Source: Gaiellaceae bacterium
GTDB taxonomy: Bacteria > Actinomycetota > Thermoleophilia > Gaiellales > Gaiellaceae
Direction of reading: 5' to 3'
DNA length: 56,967 nt
Assembly: GCA_036505325.1 (NCBI GenBank)
Contig: DASXTR010000218.1
Location: 1-56,967, forward strand
The notes under the pieces were generated by a model that worked only from the letters and a program-made list of their open reading frames with translations, had not been told where the DNA came from and made no database searches. The translations under genes and the position numbers were made by a program. This document shows, in pieces, positions 16,637 to 28,617 of this stretch. Each line of letters starts with the position of its first letter. The first letter of the stretch is position 1.

Positions 16637-17420
16637 GCGCGCGGCGGTGTTCACGCATGGGAAGCCGGAGCGGGTCGCGCCCGCGCTGGAGCGCCTGCGC
16701 GCCGTCGCGCAGGAGTCCGGCGTCGAGCTCGTCGACGAGGCCGACGAGGCCGCACATCCGGACCTCGCGGTCGTCCTCGGCGGGGACGGGACGATGCTGC
16801 GCGCGCTCACGCGCTTCCTCGGGACGGGCGTGCCCGTGCTCGGCGTCAACTTCGGCCGCGTCGGCTTCCTCACCTCGATCCCGCGCGACGAGCTGGACAC
16901 GGGCGTGCGTCGCGCGTTCGCAGGCGAGTACCGGGTCGTCGAGCTGCCGACCCTCGACGTGCAGGTGAACGGCGAGCAGCGCGTCGCGGTGAACGATGCC
17001 GTCGTCGGCAGCGCGACACTCGGGCGCATGATCGAGCTCGGCTACGAGATCGGCGGCGAGGACCTCGGCACGCAGCCGTGCGACGGCCTCATCTGCGCGA
17101 CGCCCTCCGGCTCGACCGCCTACAACCTCTCCAACGGCGGACCGGTTCTCGTCTGGGGCCTCGAGGCGATGGTGATGACGTTCGTCGCGCCGCACTCGCT
17201 GCTCGCGCGGCCGCTCGTCGTCGGCCCCGACGTCGAGCTCGTCGTGACGAACCGCAGCATCGACGTGCCGGCGATCGTCATCGTCGACGGCCACCGCGCG
17301 GGGCACCTCGGCACCGGCGACGACGTCCGGATTCACCTCGGCGGCCAGCGCACCCTCCTCGCGACGCTCCCCGAGGAGACCTTCTTCCGCCGCTACCGCG
17401 CCATCTTCGGCCCCGGCTAG
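16623..17420 (+). CDS. nadK: NAD kinase
   Basis: GGDGTMLRA motif. Start set at ATG 16623 within ORF 16551..17420. Confidence 0.85.
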   Translation: MRSVERAAVFTHGKPERVAPALERLRAVAQESGVELVDEADEAAHPDLAVVLGGDGTMLRALTRFLGTGVPVLGVNFGRVGFLTSIPRDELDTGVRRAFAGEYRVVELPTLDVQVNGEQRVAVNDAVVGSATLGRMIELGYEIGGEDLGTQPCDGLICATPSGSTAYNLSNGGPVLVWGLEAMVMTFVAPHSLLARPLVVGPDVELVVTNRSIDVPAIVIVDGHRAGHLGTGDDVRIHLGGQRTLLATLPEETFFRRYRAIFGPG

Positions 17421-17451
17421 AACCGACGATGGCACCGGCAGGTGGCCTCCG

Positions 17452-17457
17452 TACGAT
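17452..17457 (+). promoter_or_regulatory. putative -10 hexamer TACGAT, 6 nt before GTG 17464 (leaderless-type promoter of recN)
   Basis: TACGAT-GGAGGC-GTG. Confidence 0.4.
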
Positions 17458-17463
17458 GGAGGC

Positions 17464-19068
17464 GTGCTCCGCCGCCTGCGCATCGAGAACCTCGTCCTGA
17501 TCCGCGAGGCGGAGCTGGAGCTCGACAACGGCCTGAACGCGATCACCGGCGAGACCGGGGCGGGGAAGACGATCCTCTCGAATGCGATCGGGCTCCTGCT
17601 CGGTGCCAAGGGCGACGCGGCGGCGATCGGGCCCGCCGCGAGCGAGGCGTACGTCGAGGCCGAGTTCGACGCCGTCGACGAGGAAGAGCTGGGCGAGCTC
17701 GCCGGTCTCCGGCCCGGCGGCGAGGACGGTCTCGTCCTGGCGCGCCGCATCTTCGCCGACGGACGCACGCGCGCATACGCGTGGGGGCGGAGTGCGGCGC
17801 GCGAGGACGTGGCCGCCGCGGCCGAGCGGCTGATCGCCATGAGCGGCCAGTTCGAGCAGCGCCGTCTCGCGCGGCCGGCCTACCAGCTGCAGGTGCTCGA
17901 CGCCTTCGCGGGGATCGACACGCGCCAGGCGCGCGCGGCGTGGCGCGAGCTCCAGTCCGCGCGGCGGACCCGCGACGAGCTGACGCGCGATGCGGCCTCG
18001 GCGCAGGCTCGGCTCGACGAGCTGCGCGCGCTCGTGGAGGACACCCGTGGCCTCGAGCCCGAACGCGAGGACGAGCTGCGCGCCGAGCGCGAGCGCCTGC
18101 GGCACGTCACGGAGCTGGCGCAAGGCGCGGCGTCCGCTGCGGCCTCGCTCGCCCCCGAGGACGGCGAGGGCGCGACCGACCTCGTCGCCGCGGCCGAGCG
18201 GGCGGTCGCCCCGCTCGAGCGGCTCGCGCCGGAGCTCTCGAGCGCGGGCGAGACCCTCCGCGACGCCGGGCTCCGGCTCCGCGAGACCGTCTCCGAGCTC
18301 CGCACGTTCCTCGCCGGGCTCGAGGCCGATCCCGGCCGCGTCGAGGAGGTCGAGGCCGAGCTGGAGCGGATCACCGACGCGAAGCGGCGGCACCGCGCGC
18401 AGACCTACGCCGAGCTGCTGGAGCAGGCCGCGGAGGCTCGCACCGAGCTGGCGGCGCTCGACGAGGGCCACGACCCCTTGCGCGTCGCCGAGGAGGCCCT
18501 CGCCGCCGCCCAGGCGCGCGTCGACCGGATCCATGCCGAGCTGCGCGATCGGCGGCACGCGGCGGCCGGGCCCTTTGCCGAGGCGGTGGCGCGCGAACTG
18601 GACGGCGTCGGCCTCGGCGACGGCGAGTTCCGGGCCGAGCTGCGGGCTCGCGACCCGGGCCAGACAGGCGCGGACGAGGCTCAGTTCCTGATCCGGCCGA
18701 ACGCCGGCCTGCCGTACGCGCCGGTCGCCGAGACGGCCTCGGGCGGCGAGCTCTCGCGCATCGCCCTCGCGATCGCGGCCGTCGGCGGCGGCGAGACGAT
18801 GGTCTTCGACGAGATCGACGCCGGCATCGGCGGCACGACGGGCCACGCGGTCGGCGAGACCCTGCGCCGCCTCTCCGAGCGCGCGCAGGTGCTGACGATC
18901 ACGCATCTGCCTCAGATCGCCACCCTGGCCGACCGTCACTTCCGCGTCGAGAAGGTCGCCGGCGACCCGACCCATACGCGGATCGAGCCGCTGGACGACG
19001 CCGAGCGCCGCGACGAGCTCGAGCGGATGCTGGGCGGGGCTGACTTCATCTCGGCCCTCCGCGACTGA
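17464..19068 (+). CDS. recN: DNA repair protein RecN
   Basis: MLRRLRIENLVLIREAELELDNGLNAITGETGAGKTIL, a long coiled-coil, and the C-terminal signature SGGELSRIALA. Confidence 0.95.
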   Translation: MLRRLRIENLVLIREAELELDNGLNAITGETGAGKTILSNAIGLLLGAKGDAAAIGPAASEAYVEAEFDAVDEEELGELAGLRPGGEDGLVLARRIFADGRTRAYAWGRSAAREDVAAAAERLIAMSGQFEQRRLARPAYQLQVLDAFAGIDTRQARAAWRELQSARRTRDELTRDAASAQARLDELRALVEDTRGLEPEREDELRAERERLRHVTELAQGAASAAASLAPEDGEGATDLVAAAERAVAPLERLAPELSSAGETLRDAGLRLRETVSELRTFLAGLEADPGRVEEVEAELERITDAKRRHRAQTYAELLEQAAEARTELAALDEGHDPLRVAEEALAAAQARVDRIHAELRDRRHAAAGPFAEAVARELDGVGLGDGEFRAELRARDPGQTGADEAQFLIRPNAGLPYAPVAETASGGELSRIALAIAAVGGGETMVFDEIDAGIGGTTGHAVGETLRRLSERAQVLTITHLPQIATLADRHFRVEKVAGDPTHTRIEPLDDAERRDELERMLGGADFISALRD

Positions 19069-19080
19069 GAGACTTACCCC

Positions 19081-20196
19081 GTGAGCTTCATCGAGTTCAC
19101 GGGCCACGCCCGCCTGGACCGGCGGACGAAGAACCTGACGAAGCGCTTAGGCTCCGGCGACGTCGCGATCATCGACCACGCCGACCTCGACCGCGTGTCG
19201 GCGGAGGAGCTGATCGAGTCGGGCGTGCAGGTCGTCGTCAACGTCGCGCCGAGCCAGACCGGCCGCTTTCCGAACCCGGGCCCGCTCGAGCTCGTGCGCG
19301 GCGGCGTTCGGCTGATCGACGCCCCCGGCGTCGACCTGTTCTCCGCGCTGACCGACGGGGAACTCGTGACCGTTCGCGGCTCTGGCCTCTACCGCAACGG
19401 AACGTGCCTCGCGCAGGGCACGCAGCTGAATGCGCCGGTGCTCGAGCGCGCGCTCAACGAGCAGCGCGCGCGTGTCACGGGCGCGCTGCAGGCGTTCGCG
19501 GAGAACACGCTCCAGTACCTGCGCGACGAGGGGTGGCTCCTCACGGAGGGCATCGAGTTGCCGCAGCTGAGGACCCGGCTGCGCGACCGGCACGTGCTCG
19601 TGGTCGCGCGGGGCCCCGGCCACAAGCGCGACCTCCGGATGGTCGGCTCGTATGTGCGCGACTACAGGCCGGTGCTGATCGGCGTCGACGGCGGCGCGGA
19701 CGCGATCCTCGACGCGGGCTGGAAGCCGCACCTGATCGTCGGCGACATGGACTCCGTCTCCGACCGGGCGCTGAGCTCGGGCGCGGAGATCGTCGTGCAC
19801 GCATATCGCGGCGGCGACGCGCCCGGCGCGGCACGGCTCGACGGGCTCGGCCTCGAGTATCACGTGGTGCGCGTCCCGGGGATCAGCGAGGACTCCGCGT
19901 TCCTGATCGCGTACGAGAAGGGCGCGCAGCTGATCGTCGCCGTCGGCACGCACTTCAACCTCGTCGAGTTCCTCGAGCGCGACCGCGCGGGCATGTCGTC
20001 GACGTTCGTGACGCGCCTCAAGGTCGGCGAGATCCTCGTCGACGCGAAGGGCGTCTCGCGGCTCGTCAGCCCGCGCGCCGGCGTCTGGCCGCTCGTGGCG
20101 CTGTCCGTCACCGGGCTCGGCGCGGTCGTCGCCGCGATCCTCGCCTCCCCGGCTCTGCGCAACCTGTTCGAGGTGCTGGCGCAGAAGGTGTTCTGA
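19081..20196 (+). CDS. steA: SteA-like protein (thiamine-pyrophosphokinase-like domain + C-terminal TM)
   Basis: Collinear by eye with mycobacterial Rv1697-type proteins (IIDHADLDRVSAEELIESGVQVVVNV..., LIVGDMDSV, FVTRLKVGEILVDAKGVSRL). Located after recN, as in actinobacteria. Confidence 0.75.
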   Translation: MSFIEFTGHARLDRRTKNLTKRLGSGDVAIIDHADLDRVSAEELIESGVQVVVNVAPSQTGRFPNPGPLELVRGGVRLIDAPGVDLFSALTDGELVTVRGSGLYRNGTCLAQGTQLNAPVLERALNEQRARVTGALQAFAENTLQYLRDEGWLLTEGIELPQLRTRLRDRHVLVVARGPGHKRDLRMVGSYVRDYRPVLIGVDGGADAILDAGWKPHLIVGDMDSVSDRALSSGAEIVVHAYRGGDAPGAARLDGLGLEYHVVRVPGISEDSAFLIAYEKGAQLIVAVGTHFNLVEFLERDRAGMSSTFVTRLKVGEILVDAKGVSRLVSPRAGVWPLVALSVTGLGAVVAAILASPALRNLFEVLAQKVF

Positions 20197-20213
20197 TCTA
20201 CGCTGGGGCTCCG

Positions 20214-21069
20214 GTGCTCGACTTCCGCTACCACGTCACGTCGCTCGTCGCGGTCTTCTTCGCGCTGATCATCGGCATCGTCGTCGGCGTCGGGATCTCG
20301 GGCCGCGGCTTCGTCGACAAGTCGGAGCGGCACAAGTTCGACAGCCGCATCGAGCGCCTCCAGTCGCGGGTCGACGAGCTCTCGGCGAAGAACGACGTCC
20401 TGCGGGAGCAGCAGCAGGCCGGGAGCGCGTTCATGGCGGACGCGTACCCGGTCCTGATGGAGAACCGGCTCGCCGGGAAGCGGATCGCGATCGTCGTCGT
20501 CGGCGGGGACGGCGGCGGGACGGGCTCGGACGTGAACCAGACGCTCGAGGACGCCGACGCGGCGCCGGCGCGCTATCGGGCGCTGAAGCTCCCGGTCGCG
20601 GCGCGGACGGTGCGCCGCGCGCTCGCCCGGCTTCCCGGCTACCGCCTGCTCGCCGACGCCGGCCGGGAGCTCGCCCAGGAGTGGGTGACGGGCGGGAAGA
20701 CCCCGGTGGCGGACGCCCTCACGTCGGTCGTGGTCGAGGAGCAGCGCGGCTCGGGTGCGCCCCCGGTCGACGGGGTGATCGTCATCCCTGCCGGCCGGCC
20801 TCCCGACGCGGCCACGCGACGGTTCCTGGACGGCCTGTACGCGGGTCTCGGCACCGGCGGCGTCCCGGTCGTGGTCGTCGAGCAGAGCACGACCGACACG
20901 TCCATGGTGCCGGAGTTCCGTCAGCTCGGCGGGTTCTCGACGGTGGACGACATCGACACGCCTTCGGGCCGGTTCGCCCTCGCGCTGCTGCTCGGCGGCG
21001 CACCGCCGGGCGACTTCGGCCTGAAGCCGACCGCGACGGCGCCGCTCCCGAAGATCGTCCCGCCCACGG

Positions 21070-21077
<8 letters not shown>
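20214..21077 (+). CDS. SteB/MctB-like membrane protein ('copper transporter' family)
   Basis: VLDFRYHVTSLVAVFFALIIGIVVGVG... followed by a coiled-coil. Start set at GTG 20214 within ORF 19404..21077. Confidence 0.7.
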
Positions 21078-23915
<2,838 letters not shown>

Positions 23916-23940
23916 ACCGTCATCCGTAGGATCCGGCGTC

Positions 23941-25050
23941 GTGGCCTCCGAGACGCTGGACCTGTTCGTGGAGCTGGCTGCGATTCCGAGCCCGCCCGGC
24001 GAGGAACGCGCCGTCGCCGACCGCGTGGCCGGCTATCTGCGCGACTGCGGGCTCGAGCCCGACGAGGATGCGGCCGGCGCCGAGGTCGGGTCGACGATGG
24101 GGAACGTCTACGCGCGCGTCGAGCCGACCCGGGAGGGCGAGCCGCTCTTCTTCTGCGCCCACCTCGACACGGTTCCGCCGACGGACGCGATCGAGCCCGT
24201 GGTCGACGACGGCGTCGTGCGGAACGCGCGGCCGACGATCCTCGGCTCCGACAACAAGGCCGCGGTCGCGGCCATGCTCGAGGCGACGCGGCGCGTGCTC
24301 GCCGAGAACCGGCCGCACGCGGGGATCGAGCTCCTCTTCACGCCCAAGGAGGAGGTCGGGCTGCTCGGCGCCTATGCGTTCGACCACACACGCCTGCGCG
24401 CGCGGACCGGTTACGTCTACGACCAGGCGGCGCCGATCGGCGAGGTGATTCTCGGCGCGCCCTCGTCGCAGGCGCTCGAGATCGTGTTCCACGGCCGCGC
24501 GTCGCACTCGGGCATGTACCCGGAGGAGGGCCGCTCGGCGATCGCGGCTGCGGCCCGCGCGATCGCGGAGATGCGGCTCGGGCGCGTCGACGAGGACTCG
24601 ACCGCGAACGTCGGTCAGATCAGCGGCGGCACCGCGCCCAACATCGTCCCGGAGTGGTGCACGGTCGTCGCGGAGGCGCGGTCGCACGACGACCGCAGGC
24701 TCGCGGACCTCGTGCAGGAGATGCAGGACGCGGTCACGTTCGCCGCGGGCGTCGAGGAGTGCGAGGTGGAGACGCGCATCCGCAAGAGCTACCGCGGCTA
24801 TCGCTTCCGCCGCGACGACCTGCCGGTGCGGCTCGCCGCGAACGCGCTCGGCCGCTCCGGCTTCTCGCCGTCGTACGCGCTGTCGGGAGGCGCCGCCGAC
24901 GCGAACGTCTTCAACGAGCGCGGGCTCCAGTGCGTCAACCTCGCAAACGGCATGGCCGACATCCACACGCCGGACGAGCACATCGCCGTCGCGGACCTCG
25001 ATGCGATGGTCGAGGTGACGCTCGCCCTCGTCGATGCCGCTCTCGCTTAG
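23941..25050 (+). CDS. M20-family metallopeptidase (peptidase T-like)
   Basis: FFCAHLDTVP, GSDNKAAVAAML, FTPKEEVGLLGA, GRASHSGMYPEEG. Start set at GTG 23941. Confidence 0.75.
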   Translation: MASETLDLFVELAAIPSPPGEERAVADRVAGYLRDCGLEPDEDAAGAEVGSTMGNVYARVEPTREGEPLFFCAHLDTVPPTDAIEPVVDDGVVRNARPTILGSDNKAAVAAMLEATRRVLAENRPHAGIELLFTPKEEVGLLGAYAFDHTRLRARTGYVYDQAAPIGEVILGAPSSQALEIVFHGRASHSGMYPEEGRSAIAAAARAIAEMRLGRVDEDSTANVGQISGGTAPNIVPEWCTVVAEARSHDDRRLADLVQEMQDAVTFAAGVEECEVETRIRKSYRGYRFRRDDLPVRLAANALGRSGFSPSYALSGGAADANVFNERGLQCVNLANGMADIHTPDEHIAVADLDAMVEVTLALVDAALA

Positions 25051-26023
25051 GCGCGGACGCGTCACGGCGGTCGTCGAGGCGTCCGACGACTTCGTGCGGT
25101 TGGAGGTGGACGGCGCGCCGTGTGTCGCCTACCCCTTGCTGACCGGGGCCGTCGAGGTGGGCGACGACGTCGTCGTGAACGTCCAGGCGCGCGAGCTCGG
25201 GCTCGGGAGCGGCGGGTTCGACGTGTTGTACGCGAACTTGACGCGGGGGCTCGACCTGCGTGCCGAGGAGGGTGCGCACGTGATGAAGCTCCCGTACACG
25301 CCCGTGCAGTTCGCGCGGCGTCACGCGGAGGAGGACGGTCCGCTCGACGACGGCCTCGCCCGAATGCCCGTCGTCTGCTGCACGCTCCACAGCCAGGTGG
25401 CGCCGGTATGCGCCGCGCTGCGGGGATTGCGTGTCGCGTACGTGCAGCTTCCGGGCGGGGCGCTCCCCGTCGCGCTCTCGGATGCGATCCGGGCGCTCAA
25501 GGCACTCGATCTGCTGGAGGTTGCGATCGGCGCAGGCGCGTGCTTCGGAGGCGACGTGGACTGCGTGAATGTCTACTCGTCGCTCCTGTTTGCGGCGGGC
25601 CGAAATGTCGACGCAGTCGTGTGCTCGATTGGACCGGGCATCGTCGGCACGGGAACATTCTTCGGCCACGGTGGCATGGCCGCCGCCGACGCGGTCGACG
25701 CGGCCAACAGGCTCGGCGGCACGCCGATCCTCGCGCTCCGCATCTCCACCGCCGACGCGCGCGGACGGCATTCCGGCCTGTCGCACCACACGACGGCGGT
25801 GCTCGGATTGCGGGGCAGCCTCCGGGTGGCGTGGCCGGCCGGCCTCGAGCTCGACGGCGAGAGCCTGCCCGCGGGCGCCGAGACGGTTGACGTGTCCGAC
25901 TGGCGCGAGGCGTGCGCAGGGTTGCCGCTCGACCACATGGGCCGTGGCCCGGACGACGATCCGTGGTTCTTCGCGGCGGCGTATGCCGCAGGGCGTCTCG
26001 CTCGTCTCGCCGCCGCCCGCTGA
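25034..26023 (+). CDS. conserved hypothetical protein (I recall this as the DUF3866 family)
   Basis: 329-aa ORF with coding-type composition. The family name is from memory of similar actinobacterial proteins and is not verified. Confidence 0.5.
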   Translation: MPLSLRRGRVTAVVEASDDFVRLEVDGAPCVAYPLLTGAVEVGDDVVVNVQARELGLGSGGFDVLYANLTRGLDLRAEEGAHVMKLPYTPVQFARRHAEEDGPLDDGLARMPVVCCTLHSQVAPVCAALRGLRVAYVQLPGGALPVALSDAIRALKALDLLEVAIGAGACFGGDVDCVNVYSSLLFAAGRNVDAVVCSIGPGIVGTGTFFGHGGMAAADAVDAANRLGGTPILALRISTADARGRHSGLSHHTTAVLGLRGSLRVAWPAGLELDGESLPAGAETVDVSDWREACAGLPLDHMGRGPDDDPWFFAAAYAAGRLARLAAAR

Positions 26024-26032
26024 GGACGAAAA

Positions 26033-26131
26033 GGCACAAATTCGGCACAGACGCGTTTCCCACGTGTGACGCAATTCGTGCAACGCTGTTCGCAAGGGGG
26101 ACCCGCGGTCCCCCTGGGGGTACGTGGGGAC
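26033..26131 (+). other. conserved structured element, copy 1 (candidate small RNA or regulatory module)
   Basis: Block 1 (26033-26056) matches 37287-37310 at 20/24 positions. Block 2 (26080-26121) matches 37323-37362 at 34/42 alignment columns. Alternative hairpins: GGGGGAC/GTCCCCC (26096-26114) and GTCCCC/GGGGAC (26108-26131). Confidence 0.5.
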
Positions 26132-26190
26132 ACGCGCGGCGCGACGCGGGGTGCGTCGCGGCGCTCGACGCCGCCGGTAGCCTCGCCGGA

Positions 26191-26970
26191 GTGGAGGAGC
26201 GCCGACTCGGTCCGGTCGTGGGCCTCGGAACCTGGAAGACGTTCGGTTCGGACGAGCGGCTCGCGCGCGCCGTCGTCGACGCGGCGTTCGAGGCCGGCAC
26301 GCGGCTCTTCGACTCGTCGCCGATGTACACCGGTGCCGAGCGTTCGCTAGCGGCGGCGCTCGAAGGCCGTCGGAACGACGCGATCGTTGCGACGAAGATC
26401 TGGGCGCGTTCGGTCGACGAGGGACGTGAGCAGTTCCGCCGGCAGCTCGCGTGGTACGGCGGCCGGGTCGACGTCGAGCAGGTGCACAACCTCGTTCTGT
26501 GGCATGGGCACCTCGACTGGCTCGAGCGCGAGCGCGACGCAGGGCGCATCGGCCGGATCGGCGTCACGCACTACGCCGCGTCCGCGCTCGACGCGCTCGC
26601 CGATGCGCTCCGGACGCGCCGCTTCCAGGTTCTGCAGGTGCCGTACAACCCGTGGGAGCGCGAGTGCGAGCGCGAGCTGCTGCCTCTCGCGGCGGAGCTC
26701 GGTGTCGCGGTGATCGCGATGCGTCCACTGGGCGGATCCGGCGCGGACCTCCGCCGCCGCCGTGAGCTGTCAGATGCCGGGCGTGCGGCGCTAGGCGTCG
26801 AGACCTGGGCGCAAGCGCTCCTGAAATGGGCGCTAGCCGACGAGCGGATCGACTCCGTGATCCCGGCCACGTCACGCCCGGAGCACGCACGCGAGAACGC
26901 CGCGGCCGGCGAGGGGCAGCGGCTCTCGGGCGAGCAGCGCGCGCTCGTGGAGAGAATGGCGCGGCCGTGA
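26191..26970 (+). CDS. aldo/keto reductase
   Basis: VEERRLGPVVGLGTWKTFG...FDSSPMYTGAERSL...VATKIW. TAGCCT lies 7 nt before GTG 26191. Confidence 0.8.
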   Translation: MEERRLGPVVGLGTWKTFGSDERLARAVVDAAFEAGTRLFDSSPMYTGAERSLAAALEGRRNDAIVATKIWARSVDEGREQFRRQLAWYGGRVDVEQVHNLVLWHGHLDWLERERDAGRIGRIGVTHYAASALDALADALRTRRFQVLQVPYNPWERECERELLPLAAELGVAVIAMRPLGGSGADLRRRRELSDAGRAALGVETWAQALLKWALADERIDSVIPATSRPEHARENAAAGEGQRLSGEQRALVERMARP

Positions 26971-27440
26971 GCGAGAAGGTGTACTCGGGCAAGCTCATCG
27001 ACGTCGAGCTCCGCGACGGCATGGAGGTCGTCGTCCACGGCCCGGCCGCCGCGGTCGTCGCGGTCGACCGGGAGCAGCGTGTCGTGCTCGTGCGCCAGGC
27101 GCGCGCAGGGGCCGGGGCCCCACTGCTCGAGCTCCCCGCAGGCAACCTCGACGACGGCGAGCCGCCGATCGAGGCGGCGCAGCGCGAACTTCGCGAGGAG
27201 ACCGGCCTGCACGGCGGCCAGTGGACCGAGGTGGCGAGCGTCTACACGACACCCGGCTACTGCGACGAGCGCATCCACCTGTTCGTCGCACGCGGCCTCG
27301 AGGAGGGCGAGCCCGATCCGGAAGGGAGCGAGGAGCTCGAGGTCGTGCGCGTGCCGCTCGCCGAGCTGCCGGCGCTGCTAGCCGAGATCGAGGACGCGAA
27401 GACGCTCGCCGGACTGCTGCTCCTGCTGCGGATGCGCTGA
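26967..27440 (+). CDS. NUDIX hydrolase (ADP-ribose pyrophosphatase-like)
   Basis: Nudix box GNLDDGEPPIEAAQRELREETGL. GTG 26967 overlaps the previous stop (GTGA). Confidence 0.85.
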   Translation: MSEKVYSGKLIDVELRDGMEVVVHGPAAAVVAVDREQRVVLVRQARAGAGAPLLELPAGNLDDGEPPIEAAQRELREETGLHGGQWTEVASVYTTPGYCDERIHLFVARGLEEGEPDPEGSEELEVVRVPLAELPALLAEIEDAKTLAGLLLLLRMR

Positions 27441-27492
27441 GCGCCGACGGCCGCGTCGGCAGCGCGCGGCGACCCTGTACAGTTGCGCCGCC

Positions 27493-28617
27493 TTGAGGAT
27501 CGGCGTCGCGAAGGAGATCAAGTCGGACGAATATCGCGTTGCGCTCACGCCGGCGGGCGCGCTCGAGCTGACCAGCAAGGGCCACGACGTTCTCATCGAG
27601 ACGGGCGCGGGCGTCGGGAGCGCGTTCCCGGACGACGTGTACACGCGCGTCGGCGCCCGCATCGGCTCCGTCGACGAGGTGTGGGAGTCGAGCGAGATGG
27701 TGCTGAAGGTCAAGGAGCCGGTCCGGAGCGAGTACGGACGCTTGCGCGAGGGGCTGATCCTCTTCACGTACCTCCACCTCGCGGCGGACGAGGCGCTGAC
27801 GCGCGCCCTCGTCGAGTCGGGCGTCGCCGCCGTCGCGTACGAGACCGTCGAGACGCCGAACCGGCAGCTCCCGCTGCTCGCACCGATGTCCGAGGTCGCA
27901 GGACGGCTCTCCGCGCAGGCGGGCGCGTACTTCCTCGAGAAGCCGCGCGGCGGTCGCGGCCTCCTCCTCGGCGGCATCCCGGGTGTCGCGCCGGGCCGCG
28001 TCACGATCATCGGCGGCGGCATCGTTGGCTACAACGCGGCGGTGATCGCGCTGGGTCTCGGCGCACACGTGACGATCCTCGAGCGCTCGATCGACCGGAT
28101 GCGGCATCTCGACGAGGTGCTCTCGGGACGCGTGTCGCTGCTCATGTCGTCGACGCTGCAGATCAGCGCGTCGGTGGCCGAAGCGGATCTCGTCATCGGC
28201 GCCGTGCTGATTCCGGGTGCGCTCGCGCCGAAGCTCGTCACGCGCGAGATGATCGCCGGGATGAAGGACGGCGCCGTCGTCGTCGACGTCGCAATCGACC
28301 AGGGTGGCTGCTTCGAGACGTCACACCCGACGACACACTCGGAGCCCGTGTACGTCGTCGAGGGCGTGACGCACTACTGCGTCGCGAACATGCCGGGCGC
28401 CGTCCCGATCACGTCGACGAAGGCGCTCACGAACGCCACGCTTCCGTACGTCGAGGCGATCGCGGAGCACGGGCTGCGCGGCGCGGTCGCGCGCGACCCG
28501 GCTCTCGCGAAGGGCGTGAACGTCATCGACGGCAAGGTCACGTACGAGGCGGTCGCCGAGGCGCACGGGCTTCCGTACACGCCGCTCGAAGACGTCCTGC
28601 CGCTCGTGACCGTTTAG
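27493..28617 (+). CDS. ald: alanine dehydrogenase
   Basis: MRIGVAKEIKSDEYRVALTPAG... and the NAD fold VTIIGGGIVGYNAA. Confidence 0.95.
   Translation: MRIGVAKEIKSDEYRVALTPAGALELTSKGHDVLIETGAGVGSAFPDDVYTRVGARIGSVDEVWESSEMVLKVKEPVRSEYGRLREGLILFTYLHLAADEALTRALVESGVAAVAYETVETPNRQLPLLAPMSEVAGRLSAQAGAYFLEKPRGGRGLLLGGIPGVAPGRVTIIGGGIVGYNAAVIALGLGAHVTILERSIDRMRHLDEVLSGRVSLLMSSTLQISASVAEADLVIGAVLIPGALAPKLVTREMIAGMKDGAVVVDVAIDQGGCFETSHPTTHSEPVYVVEGVTHYCVANMPGAVPITSTKALTNATLPYVEAIAEHGLRGAVARDPALAKGVNVIDGKVTYEAVAEAHGLPYTPLEDVLPLVTV

Noticed and set aside
17421-17463. LexA SOS box (GAAC-N4-GTTC type) or RecA-NDp/PafBC-type motif upstream of recN.
   Set aside because: GAACCGACGATGG lacks the GTTC half-site. 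GGCAGGTG-N7-TACGAT only loosely resembles the TGTCGGTG-N8-TAnnnT motif. I kept only the -10 call.
26033-26050. Sigma-54 type promoters. Candidates were GGCAC-N7-GGCA in both copies of the conserved element (26033, 37287), TGGCAC in the 49085/49175 palindromes, and TGGCC-N6-TGC at 55549.
   Set aside because: Only partial matches to TGGCACG-N4-TTGCW were found. One candidate has wrong spacing. No rpoN or enhancer-binding protein is visible in the window, and actinobacteria generally lack sigma-54. It cannot be excluded without the whole genome.
26033-26190. Conserved element copy 1 as a riboswitch or attenuator leader of the aldo/keto reductase (c-di-AMP/ydaO-, ZTP- or guanidine-type motifs were considered).
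   Set aside because: I could not match any known riboswitch consensus. The reductase has a -10-like hexamer 7 nt before its start, which suggests a leaderless transcript. The second copy has no downstream same-strand gene.
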